From: Smithella sp.
Lineage (GTDB): Bacteria > Desulfobacterota > Syntrophia > Syntrophales > Smithellaceae
Length of the DNA stretch: 64,000 nucleotides
NCBI GenBank assembly: GCA_035524255.1
Contig: DATKPG010000002.1
Location: 92,192-156,191, forward strand
Direction: 5' to 3'
In this document: piece after piece, positions 30,853 to 39,880 of the stretch
Position numbering within the stretch: position 1 is the first letter of the stretch
How the letters are laid out: each line of letters opens with the position of its first letter
Notes under the pieces: model-generated
The model's database searches: none
What the model was told of the DNA's origin: nothing
The model's input: the letters and a program-made list of their open reading frames with translations, nothing else
Program-made: the position numbers and the translations under genes

Positions 30853-32118
30853 TTACACTTTAAAGCTGGCCAGGCCGCTTATGTCTAACGTAGACAGATA
30901 GTCTTTTACCGTTTCAGCGCGGCGGATTTGAATAACTTCACCATTTTCTCTTAACAATAATTCAGCCGAGCGAAGCTTGCCGTTGTAATTGAAGCCCATG
31001 GCAAATCCATGCGCGCCGGCATCATGAATAACAATGATGTCGCCTTGCGAAAGCTTCGGCAGTTTACGGTCAATGGCAAATTTATCGTTGTTTTCACAAA
31101 GCGATCCTGTCACGTCATAAACAACATTACGCGGTTTGTTTTCCTTGCCCATGACGGTGATGTGGTGATAAGCGCCATAAAGAGCCGGCCGCATCAGATT
31201 GGCCATGCAGGAATCAAGACCGGCAAATTTTTTATAAGTGTCCTTGATATGTAAAACACGGGAAACCAGATAGCCGTAAGGACCTGTAATATAGCGGCCG
31301 CATTCCGTAAAAAGTTTAACGGGGGCAAGGCCGTTGGCAACAATAATTTGTTCATATTTTTTTCTGATACCAAGGCTCATGGCCTTTAAGTCTAATCTTT
31401 TTTGTTCCGGCCGGTAAGGTATGCCCACGCCGCCGCCGATATTAACAAATTCAAATTTGATTTTCAGTTTTTGTGAAATTTCCGCAATGATCTGAAATAA
31501 TATTTCCGCGGTTTCCACAAAATAAGCGGCGTCGAGTTCATTGGACGCGACCATCGTATGAATGCCGAATCTTTTGACTCCTTTATCCTTGCATATCTTA
31601 TAACCCTTAAATAACTGCTCGCGCGTAAAGCCGTATTTTGCTTCCTCGGGATGGCCGATAATATGATTTCCTTTTTTCAACCGGCCGGGATTGTAGCGGA
31701 AGCAAATCAATGAAGGAAGTCCCGCGTACTTTTCAAGATAGTCAATATGACTGATATCGTCTAAATTGATGATAGCTTTTAATTTCTTTGCCAGTAGAAA
31801 ATCCTCTACGGGCGTGTCATTGGAAGAAAACATAATTTCTTCGCCTGTAATACCGGTTTTTTGCGCCATGATCAGTTCCGAAAGCGAACTGCAATCGGCG
31901 CCATAACCTTCCTTGTGAAGAATTTTCATCAGATAAGGATTAGGCGCAGCCTTGACGGCGAAGAATTCCTTGAAGCCTTCATTCCAGGAAAAGGCTTTTA
32001 TAAAATCGCGCGCGTTTTCACGAATAGCTTTTTCATCGTAGATGTGAAAAGGCGTCGGATATTGCTTTATGATTCTTTCGATTTGATTTTTTGTAAAAGG
32101 CACCAGCTTTTTGGGCAT
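30853..32118 (-). CDS. type III (alanine-racemase fold) PLP-dependent decarboxylase, diaminopimelate decarboxylase-like
   Basis: 'FAVKAAPN' (PLP Lys), 'NIGGGVGIPY', 'CENNDKF' and 'HDAGAHGFAM'. ATG at 32118 with SD GAGGAGAG. Confidence 0.75.
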   Translation of the reverse strand: MPKKLVPFTKNQIERIIKQYPTPFHIYDEKAIRENARDFIKAFSWNEGFKEFFAVKAAPNPYLMKILHKEGYGADCSSLSELIMAQKTGITGEEIMFSSNDTPVEDFLLAKKLKAIINLDDISHIDYLEKYAGLPSLICFRYNPGRLKKGNHIIGHPEEAKYGFTREQLFKGYKICKDKGVKRFGIHTMVASNELDAAYFVETAEILFQIIAEISQKLKIKFEFVNIGGGVGIPYRPEQKRLDLKAMSLGIRKKYEQIIVANGLAPVKLFTECGRYITGPYGYLVSRVLHIKDTYKKFAGLDSCMANLMRPALYGAYHHITVMGKENKPRNVVYDVTGSLCENNDKFAIDRKLPKLSQGDIIVIHDAGAHGFAMGFNYNGKLRSAELLLRENGEVIQIRRAETVKDYLSTLDISGLASFKV

Positions 32119-32232
32119 CAAGCTCTCCTCGGCTAAACAAAGTAATTTTACGTGAAATATATAAGTAAAATAAATTTACGGTAAAAAAGGAAATTTATCA
32201 ATATTATTTTGAGGAATTGAAAGATATTTATA

Positions 32233-33234
32233 TCAACACACAAAGAATTTTATGGAAAAATAGATGGATGCAGAAATGATGGCGGAAACAGGGATTGTTA
32301 AAATCCATGCCCAGATGATGTTGCCCGCAACACCCCAGCGTACGGAGGATAGTCTTTTAGTGGCCCCGACACCAACTATAGCGCCGGTTATTGTGTGAGT
32401 CGTGCTCACGGGTATTCCGGCAATAGACGCTCCTATAATAGAACACGCGGCAGCGGCTTCGGCGCTGAAACCACCCATTGGACGAAGTTTAGTTATCTTT
32501 GTTCCCATCGTTTTGACAATTCGCCAACCGCCAAACATAGTTCCCAGAGAAATCATCGTATAGCAGGATATTATCACCCAAATGGGAATATGAAAGGTTT
32601 TGCCCAGCAAGCCTTTGCTAAAAAGAGCCATGGCAATAATGCCCATCGTTTTTTGCGCATCGTTCATTCCGTGCGCTAATGAATAGACTGCGGCGGAAAA
32701 AAGCTGGAGCTTACGAAAGAGTTTATCAGATTTAGCCATATTGGAATGATGGCTTAGGTTCATAACAAGAACCATAAAAGTAAATCCCAAAACCAAGCCA
32801 ATAGCAGGAGAAATGACGATAAAAATAGTAGTTTTGGTAATACCGGGCCAAATAAGAGTGCTTGTTCCGGCTTTGGATATAGCTGCGCCGATCAGACCGC
32901 CTATCAGAGCATGAGATGAACTACTGGGCAATCCGTAATACCATGTTGCGATATCCCAGATGATCGCGCCACCCAGGGCAGACAAAATAACCAGGTTATC
33001 GACAATGTCAATATGGACGATTCCTTTGCCGATAGTATTTGCTACCGCTGTGCCTACAAAAAATACAGCGGCAAAATTAAAAAAAGCCGCCCAAATAACA
33101 GCGTACTGCGGTGAGAGAACGCGGGTGGAAACAACCGTGGAAATAGAATTGGCGGAATCATGGAAACCATTAAGAAAATCAAAAATAAGTGCAGCAATGA
33201 TGAGGAAAACGACAAATGCCATTGAATCAAGCAT
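32233..33234 (-). CDS. inorganic phosphate transporter, PiT family
   Basis: 'GFHDSANSI' and 'GMNDAQKTMGI' PHO4 signatures. Confidence 0.9.
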   Translation of the reverse strand: MLDSMAFVVFLIIAALIFDFLNGFHDSANSISTVVSTRVLSPQYAVIWAAFFNFAAVFFVGTAVANTIGKGIVHIDIVDNLVILSALGGAIIWDIATWYYGLPSSSSHALIGGLIGAAISKAGTSTLIWPGITKTTIFIVISPAIGLVLGFTFMVLVMNLSHHSNMAKSDKLFRKLQLFSAAVYSLAHGMNDAQKTMGIIAMALFSKGLLGKTFHIPIWVIISCYTMISLGTMFGGWRIVKTMGTKITKLRPMGGFSAEAAAACSIIGASIAGIPVSTTHTITGAIVGVGATKRLSSVRWGVAGNIIWAWILTIPVSAIISASIYFSIKFFVC

Positions 33235-33847
33235 GTTTCAGGACAATCCCTTCCACGATGTTGGATACATCTTCGCAAACGTCAATTGCCTCTTCCAGGA
33301 GCTGAAAAATATCTTTCCATTTTATCAGTTCGATAGCATCTTTCTCGTTTTCAAAAAGATTAGCCATTATAGTTCTCAAAACAATATCTCCGGCATTTTC
33401 CAGCGTGTTAATTTCGACGCAGCCCGCCAGAATCATTTCGGAATTTTTCATATTGCGCATCGCATGGATAATGCTTTTCACTTTTATAATAGATTCATTT
33501 AAAATTTCAGCCTGTTTTATGATTTCATCGGCCGGTTTTTTAACCTTATAAAGATGAACGCGGACAGCTGTTGCTTCTATGACATCCATGATACTGTCCA
33601 TTTTATTTACAAGCGCGTATATATCTTCACGATCTATCGGCGTGAGGAAAGTCTTGTGCATTTTTTCATAAGTTTTATGGGTAATGCCGTCCGCTTCGTG
33701 TTCAATTTCTTTGAGCTTGGCAACTCTCGCTTCAGAATAATTGCGGGTTTTAGCCATTTCCAGAAAAAGTTTGCCGCCTTCTTCAATTTTATCGGCCAAC
33801 TCTTCAAAAAGTTCAAAAAAATCTTCTGTTTTAGGAAAAAGACGCAT
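33227..33847 (-). CDS. PhoU-like phosphate transport regulator (DUF47 family) paired with PiT
   Basis: 'MRLFPKTEDFFELFEE...' is the typical N-terminus. ATG at 33847 with SD GGGAGAA; the longer track ORF is unlikely. The stop overlaps the PiT start. Confidence 0.85.
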   Translation of the reverse strand: MRLFPKTEDFFELFEELADKIEEGGKLFLEMAKTRNYSEARVAKLKEIEHEADGITHKTYEKMHKTFLTPIDREDIYALVNKMDSIMDVIEATAVRVHLYKVKKPADEIIKQAEILNESIIKVKSIIHAMRNMKNSEMILAGCVEINTLENAGDIVLRTIMANLFENEKDAIELIKWKDIFQLLEEAIDVCEDVSNIVEGIVLKHA

Positions 33848-33966
33848 AAGGAAATTCTCCCTGATTTCAAAAAAAGTATAAAAATTCTGGGAGTGCTCTA
33901 GCGAATTATTGGGAAAAATGCAAGGATTAAAACTACGAAAAAAGAACAAAAAAGCACTAATACCTT

Positions 33967-34452
33967 TTATTTAAGGGTCTTAGAGTAAATAATTTTACTG
34001 TCGCCTTCGGTATAAAAATTTTTTAGAAAAGCTTCCTGATGAAAGCCGCAGCTTTCATAGAACTTGTGAGTCGGTTTGTATTGGTCCCTTGATGATGTTT
34101 CCACATATATTTGTTTTCCGCCCGCGGCCGCAATGAGCTTTTCCGTTTCAGCCATAAGCAGCTTTCCCAATCCATGCCCGCGCATATCTTTTAAAACAGC
34201 TATCCAGTAGATATCGTAACTGAAGTGAGTCGCGGGAACAAGCCCGTAGCAAGTGTATCCGACCACGCGGTTTTCTTTTTCGGCAAATAAAAACTGATAG
34301 GAGCTGTCATGGGGCTGTGTCAGCTTTTCTTCCGCCAGTTCCAGCGCGATGTCTATTTCCTCGGAGGAAAAAAAGCCGCTGGATTTTACAATACCGGCAA
34401 TGGCTTCGATATCGGAATGTTGTATTTGTTGACGATAAATAAAGTCACTCAT
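33967..34452 (-). CDS. GNAT family N-acetyltransferase (about 161 aa)
   Basis: Acetyl-CoA motif A 'MRGHGLGKLLM'. Last gene of the kamA operon. The start is ATG 34452 or TTG 34464. Confidence 0.8.
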   Translation of the reverse strand: MSDFIYRQQIQHSDIEAIAGIVKSSGFFSSEEIDIALELAEEKLTQPHDSSYQFLFAEKENRVVGYTCYGLVPATHFSYDIYWIAVLKDMRGHGLGKLLMAETEKLIAAAGGKQIYVETSSRDQYKPTHKFYESCGFHQEAFLKNFYTEGDSKIIYSKTLK

Positions 34453-34460
34453 AAAAATAA

Positions 34461-34700
34461 TCAACTTTGCGGCAAGCTATAACGAAATGTAAAATAAACC
34501 CGCCGACCAGGCAAAGCTAGGGCCCCGAGAAAATCAAATTTTAATGGTTGCTTCATGTACATGATGGTCAAACCGGCGATATCCTCACTGAATAATATTA
34601 CAAATAATAAAGGTTTGCTATTGAAATATTTAAGATGACCGTACCAGGCGAAAGCCATGAATAAGTTGAAACAAAAAAGAAATACAATGGTTGTTAACAC
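34461..34700 (-). pseudogene. DUF486/DMT-like small membrane protein with an in-frame internal deletion (probable remnant)
   Basis: It keeps 'NLFMAFAWYGHLK' and the C-terminal 'PLKFDFLGALAL', as I recall them from DUF486. It lacks the roughly 30-40 aa central 'FEY..QVPANR' segment. 79 aa versus about 110-120 aa. Confidence 0.45.
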
Positions 34701-34719
34701 AAACTCTAAATTCCTGAAA

Positions 34720-35703
34720 TTATTTCAATGCGTTATTGATGATCCAACCGATAGCTTCGTGATATTTTATCTTTGCATTTTCCAGTGCGGCGGCAAACCC
34801 TGCATCAGGCGACAAACAGGGATTGGAATTAATTTCCAATACCCACGGGTTCCCGTTATGATCCACCCGAAAATCGACGCGTGCGTATCCGCGTAAAGAA
34901 AAAAGGTCCCAGCAGCGCAAAGCGACTTTCCTTAATTCCGATATCAGATTCGCATCTTTTTCCGGGAAATCATATTTTCTTATTGTATTATTATATTCAA
35001 AAGAATCCGCGATCCATTTGGCTTTATAATCGACAATTTTGGGTTTGTCCGGCGCATAATCCTGAAATAACATTTCCGCTATGGGCAGTACTTCGACCCC
35101 TTCTTTTCCGGATATAAGAGCAACATTAAATTCCCTGCCGTCAATATAAGCTTCAGCATAGCAGGAGCCGCCGAGCTTTTCCCTGCGGCGGCTCATTTCC
35201 TGCAGAAGTTTTTCTTTATTGGTGTAGCTGATAAATGAGTTTTCATCCAGGCCGATTGAGGCGTGTTCCCAGGAAGACTTGATTAAATATGTAGCCGCGG
35301 TATCCATTGAGGAGCCCTGCCCTTCCTGATCCATCCAGGCCGGAGTGGCAATATAGGCATTGTGCATGATTTTTTTGGACAGGGGTTTGTTCGATGTCTG
35401 AAATACGGCCTGTGTGCCGCAGCCGGTGTAAGGAATCTGCAGAATATCCAGTATGGCGGGAGCAAAATAAATCAAACTGCCTTTGGAGTTCAGAGTTTCC
35501 ACAATATTGAAAACAGCCAGCGGCTTTAATGATTTCAACATGGTTATCGTATTATTCAAATTGAGTTCAAAAGGCAAAAGAACGGTATCATAATTAAGTG
35601 TTCCCAGAGCCTGCGCGATAGAATCGGCCTGCAAAAGACAATCAAGTTCATCTTCACTGGCATCCGGCAAAATATCGCTGTGCAGAATAACTATTTTTTT
35701 CAT
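34720..35703 (-). CDS. ATP-grasp enzyme, D-alanine--D-alanine ligase family (second of a pair)
   Basis: 'GREFNVALISGK' and 'VLEINSNPCLS'. About 327 aa. The start lies 5 nt after the stop of the upstream paralog. Confidence 0.8.
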   Translation of the reverse strand: MKKIVILHSDILPDASEDELDCLLQADSIAQALGTLNYDTVLLPFELNLNNTITMLKSLKPLAVFNIVETLNSKGSLIYFAPAILDILQIPYTGCGTQAVFQTSNKPLSKKIMHNAYIATPAWMDQEGQGSSMDTAATYLIKSSWEHASIGLDENSFISYTNKEKLLQEMSRRREKLGGSCYAEAYIDGREFNVALISGKEGVEVLPIAEMLFQDYAPDKPKIVDYKAKWIADSFEYNNTIRKYDFPEKDANLISELRKVALRCWDLFSLRGYARVDFRVDHNGNPWVLEINSNPCLSPDAGFAAALENAKIKYHEAIGWIINNALK

Positions 35704-35708
35704 GAAAA

Positions 35709-36707
35709 TTATTTCCTGGATCGTTTAAAAGCTGATTCAATGATAGCGCTTATTAAATCGTGATAACTCATCCCGATTTTAGAACATAAAATGGGTAAAT
35801 CCGAGCGAACGGGATTTAATCCGGCGAGAGAATTGACTTCCATGAAATGCGGCACATGATTGGAGTCAGACCGCAAATCAATACGCCCGGCGTCTTTTAA
35901 ATCCAACCCGTGCCATGCCATAAGCGAAATTTCCATCGCTTGCCGGGCTTCGGCATCGTCAACCAGAACATACTGAACCAGTTTTTCATAGTGTTCTTTG
36001 TTTTCATACGAGTAGGCGTTCAGTTCCGCGTCCGGACGGAGAATGATTTCCATTGCTCCGAGAGCGCGGGCATCCTGCCCGGTTCCTAAAATACCCACGG
36101 TAAATTCGCGACCGGCAAGATATGTTTCGACCAGCATCGGCTGATTGAAGGTCTGTAACAGGTGTTTGCAGACCACGCACAATTCTTCATGGTTATTGGC
36201 TTTTGACGCCGCCGTTATCCCCTTGCCCGTTCCTTCAGCGATTGGTTTGGCAAATACGGGAAAAGGAAGGTTGACTTTATCCACGTCATCTTCACATGTG
36301 ACTACAGCAAAATCAGGTGTGGGTATTTTTAAATCGCGGAGCACATGCTTGGTCATGCCCTTCTGGAGGGAGATAGCGTGACCGAGCGGATCCGAAAAAG
36401 TGTAGGGGATGTTATAGGCTTCCAACAGGGCGGGAACTTGCGCCTCACGGCCGAAACCATACATGCCTTCGGCAATGTTAAAAACAAGATCCCATTTGTT
36501 TCCCGCGACAAGACGTTTGGCCAGAGATTTTATGTTGCCAATTCGATCAGCTTGAAAACCGTTGTCTAATATGACCTTTTCAATAGCGTCTATGGTATCG
36601 GGAAGATCGAATTCCGCTGTTTCTTCCAGACCATATCCTTCGTTTAAATAGTCGTCGCGCAGATCATAGGTTATGCCAATTTTCAGTTTTTGACCCACGC
36701 GACTCAA
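35709..36707 (-). CDS. ATP-grasp enzyme, D-alanine--D-alanine ligase family (first of a pair)
   Basis: 'FAKPIAEGTGKGI', 'GREFTVGILG' and 'FMEVNSLAGL'. TTG start (or GTG 36698). Confidence 0.8.
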   Translation of the reverse strand: MSRVGQKLKIGITYDLRDDYLNEGYGLEETAEFDLPDTIDAIEKVILDNGFQADRIGNIKSLAKRLVAGNKWDLVFNIAEGMYGFGREAQVPALLEAYNIPYTFSDPLGHAISLQKGMTKHVLRDLKIPTPDFAVVTCEDDVDKVNLPFPVFAKPIAEGTGKGITAASKANNHEELCVVCKHLLQTFNQPMLVETYLAGREFTVGILGTGQDARALGAMEIILRPDAELNAYSYENKEHYEKLVQYVLVDDAEARQAMEISLMAWHGLDLKDAGRIDLRSDSNHVPHFMEVNSLAGLNPVRSDLPILCSKIGMSYHDLISAIIESAFKRSRK

Positions 36708-36746
36708 TTTTAAATTACCTGCACTCCGCTATAAAATTCTGACGAT

Positions 36747-38054
36747 TTAATGTATATCTTTCAATTTTGCATGATTGTCGGGGTAACGGAAAATATTGCC
36801 TTCATAATTGCGCAGCAGCAAAGCGCCGTTTTCCCAGCCGACAGCGTATTCTGGAAGCAAAGGAATTTTCCCGCCGCCGCCGGGTGCGTCAACAACATAA
36901 GTAGGCACAGCATAGCCTGTCGTGTGCCCGCGCATGCCCTGAATAATTTCCAGACCCTTGCTTATGGGCGTTCGGAAATGAGACGAACCGGGAATAGGGT
37001 CGCACTGATAAAGATAATAAGGACGGACTCTGATTTGCAGTTGGCCGTGAACTAATCTGGTCATGGTTTCAATGTCGTCATTTATATCTGCAAGCAGGAC
37101 GGTTTGGCTGCCCAGGGGAATGCCGGCGTCAGCCAGCCTGATACAGGCGGCGCTCATCTCCGGGGTCAGCTCTTTGGGATGAGTTATGTGAATGCTCATC
37201 CATAAAGGATGATATTTTTTCAGCATAGCCGTCAGGGCCGGCGTTATTCTCTGGGGCAAGACAACAGGTACTTTGGTGCCGATTCGTATAAGTTCGACAT
37301 GCGGTATTTTGTGCAGCCTCATTAACAGCCATTCCAGTTTTTCATCGGACAGGGTTAAAGGATCGCCGCCGGAAAGCAGTACATCCCGGACATTTTTATT
37401 GCAGGCGATGTATTGAATAGCCTTTTCCCATTTTTCCAGGCTGATCAAATGATGCTTGCTCCGTTCAATAATGCGGGAACGGGTGCAATAGCGGCAATAA
37501 GTGGAGCAACTGTCGGTTACCAGAAACAGCACGCGGTCAGGGTAACGATGAATAATGCCCGGCACGGGAGAATCCGCATCTTCGCAGAGAGGATCTTCCT
37601 CTTCCCCTTCGGTATGCAGGCATTCATCCACCACGGGCACAACACAGCGGCGCAGGGGATCTGAAGGATTATCAGGATTAAGCAGGCTGGCATAATACGG
37701 GGTTATGGAAACGGGCAAGGCTCCTGAATGATGCATCATGGCCTGACGTTCATTCTCTGAAAGATGGATGATGCTGGATAAGGTATCTACTTCTCTGATG
37801 GCGTTACGCAACTGCCAGTGCCAATCAAACCATTCCAGGCGGGTAATGTCGGGATAATTTTGTTCTCGGAAGATGCGGGAGCGGGTGGAATCTTTAAAAG
37901 GAAATAAAACTCTCTCTGACTTTTGTTTGATCGGATACGGAGACATCTCAGCTTTGAATAACAAAAAGTCACTTACATTATTTTCAGCATTAACAAGACC
38001 GGTCGATGGACCAGGAGGTTCCTCCTCCTCTTTAAACAGGGTCTCGCTGTCCAT
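36747..38054 (-). CDS. kamA: KamA-family radical SAM / PLP aminomutase, lysine 2,3-aminomutase-like
   Basis: 'CSTYCRYCTRS' (CxxxCxxC), 'WQLRN', 'YYLYQCD' and 'VVDAPGGGGKIP' (PLP Lys). SD is AAGGAGGA. Confidence 0.88.
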   Translation of the reverse strand: MDSETLFKEEEEPPGPSTGLVNAENNVSDFLLFKAEMSPYPIKQKSERVLFPFKDSTRSRIFREQNYPDITRLEWFDWHWQLRNAIREVDTLSSIIHLSENERQAMMHHSGALPVSITPYYASLLNPDNPSDPLRRCVVPVVDECLHTEGEEEDPLCEDADSPVPGIIHRYPDRVLFLVTDSCSTYCRYCTRSRIIERSKHHLISLEKWEKAIQYIACNKNVRDVLLSGGDPLTLSDEKLEWLLMRLHKIPHVELIRIGTKVPVVLPQRITPALTAMLKKYHPLWMSIHITHPKELTPEMSAACIRLADAGIPLGSQTVLLADINDDIETMTRLVHGQLQIRVRPYYLYQCDPIPGSSHFRTPISKGLEIIQGMRGHTTGYAVPTYVVDAPGGGGKIPLLPEYAVGWENGALLLRNYEGNIFRYPDNHAKLKDIH

Positions 38055-38577
38055 TTGTTCCTCCTTTTGAAGGTTCCCCTCCCGTAAAATTATTTTGTAA
38101 TAAAAAAATTACAAAATCTTAATTATGGAATGTACTCATACAAAAATATTTGTCAACACTTTTTTGCAATTTTGTCAAAAAAAATAAAAAAATTTTTCAT
38201 GAACGGTATCACCGGGGAAAAATGTTTCTGATTCTCAGGTGAATTTGAGAAGGCTTTATGATCAGGATACATTCTTTATCACGCATCATATAAAAATACT
38301 CAAATTGCGCAAACGCCCGTAGAATCTGCATCAGCGCAGATTGGAGACATTCTCGGCAGAAACAAGAAAGCTCTTAAGAAGACGTAAATCGTTTTTAATA
38401 AACAGATCGGAGTATCTGTAATACCGGATTATAAAAAAATTGATCCACGAAACGGCGGGAATCGATTTTATTTAAAAGCGGGACGATTTTTGTTAACCGA
38501 AAAAAGAAATAGGCAAACTAAAGGTATTTTAGTAAGACGGAATATCGTTTGAGACGAAATCGTTATGGGGATTGGCC

Positions 38578-39351
38578 ATGCCAGAATTGCCTGAAGTAGA
38601 GACTTTGAGTCGTCAACTGCATCAAAAAATATGCGGGCGAAAAATATTATCCTCAACAGTATATGATGATAAGTTGGTTCATATCAAAAATGTCAGGGGA
38701 AGAAGAGTGATTGCTGTTGAACGTGACGGCAAGATGATAGACATTTGTCTTGATGATGGTAATTCCATATCAGTACATTTGCGCATGACGGGAAGATTTC
38801 TCTGGCAGGAAAATGCCGCAAAGCCAAAACATGGCCGTTGGAGGATGGGGTTTGATACGGGCAATCTCTTTTTAATCGATCCCCGCCGTTTTGCGACGGT
38901 CACAAAATTAAAGAAAGTTAAAAGCGATCCCGGCAAGGACATTTTAAAAAAATTTGATTTTAAGGGTTTTGTAAAAAATTATGGAAGCCGCAAGACAAAA
39001 GTCAAATCTTTAATTATGGATCAAAGAGTTTTATCCGGTATAGGCAACATTTATGCCTGTGAGATATTATTCAAAGCGGGAATTCATCCCGAACGTGCAG
39101 CGGCTACTTTAACGGAAGGTGACTGGAAAAAGCTATTTCATCATGCCAAAGAATTATTAAAGGCAGCAATTCAAAAAAGAGGCACATCAATTTCCGATTG
39201 GCGCGATCTTTCCGGATGCAGGGGTGAAAATCAGTATGAATTAAAAGTTTACGGGCAGGAAGGAAACATTTGTTGCTTATGCGGGAAAGTCATCGCCCGG
39301 ATAAAACAGGGAGGACGCAGCACGTTCTACTGTCCCTGTTGTCAAAAGTGA
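38578..39351 (+). CDS. mutM: formamidopyrimidine-DNA glycosylase
   Basis: 'MPELPEVE' N-terminus (catalytic Pro2), H2TH 'GIGNIYACEILF', and a C-terminal CxxC...CxxC zinc finger. Confidence 0.92.
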   Translation: MPELPEVETLSRQLHQKICGRKILSSTVYDDKLVHIKNVRGRRVIAVERDGKMIDICLDDGNSISVHLRMTGRFLWQENAAKPKHGRWRMGFDTGNLFLIDPRRFATVTKLKKVKSDPGKDILKKFDFKGFVKNYGSRKTKVKSLIMDQRVLSGIGNIYACEILFKAGIHPERAAATLTEGDWKKLFHHAKELLKAAIQKRGTSISDWRDLSGCRGENQYELKVYGQEGNICCLCGKVIARIKQGGRSTFYCPCCQK

Positions 39352-39798
39352 TGAACGCGAAAAAAATGAATTCACAAACGAGCAAGCACTTTTGTTGGCT
39401 GCCGAAGAGAGAACTGAATAATAAGATTCTCAATGGCCTGCTGCGAAGGGCGTCAATAAAAAATTTTCATTATATTAAAAACTTCAAAGATCCTTGGGCG
39501 AATTTTGTTTTTCCGAAAGACATCATTATCGATACAATCTTATAGTTTATCACCACAGCAGAAAATCCTAATAGTCTATCATTGCAATATTTTCTTTTGA
39601 TCGGAGATGTGTCACAAATAGCGGCAATTTTCATCTTCCATAATAAATCGCGTGCATCATTTCCAACTGACTGCAGTGTGTACAATGTATATTCAGGACT
39701 TCAATGTGCAGTTCGAGGATTGATTCTTCTGCAATGTATATTTTTTCTGATGTTTAAGAGTTCAATTACGAATCTTATTCTTAAATTTTCACACCAAT

Positions 39799-39850
39799 TG
39801 AAACAATGTTTTAATTAGTGCTTGACATTTGAAACAATGTTTCATATTTT
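39799..39850 (+). promoter_or_regulatory. sigma-70 promoter with two TGAAACA-n-TGTTTCA operators (probable TetR autoregulatory sites)
   Basis: -35 TTGACA at 39822-39827 and -10 TATTTT at 39845-39850. A perfect 15-bp palindrome, tgaaacaatgtttca (39830-39844), fills the spacer. An imperfect copy at 39799-39813 lies 31 bp upstream. Confidence 0.6.
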
Positions 39851-39880
39851 GCATACAAATGAAGGGGGATTAAAGATATC

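Noticed and set aside
32960-33502. A 180-aa plus-strand ORF spanning the PiT / PhoU-like junction.
   Set aside because: It is antisense to two well-supported, translationally coupled genes. No motifs.
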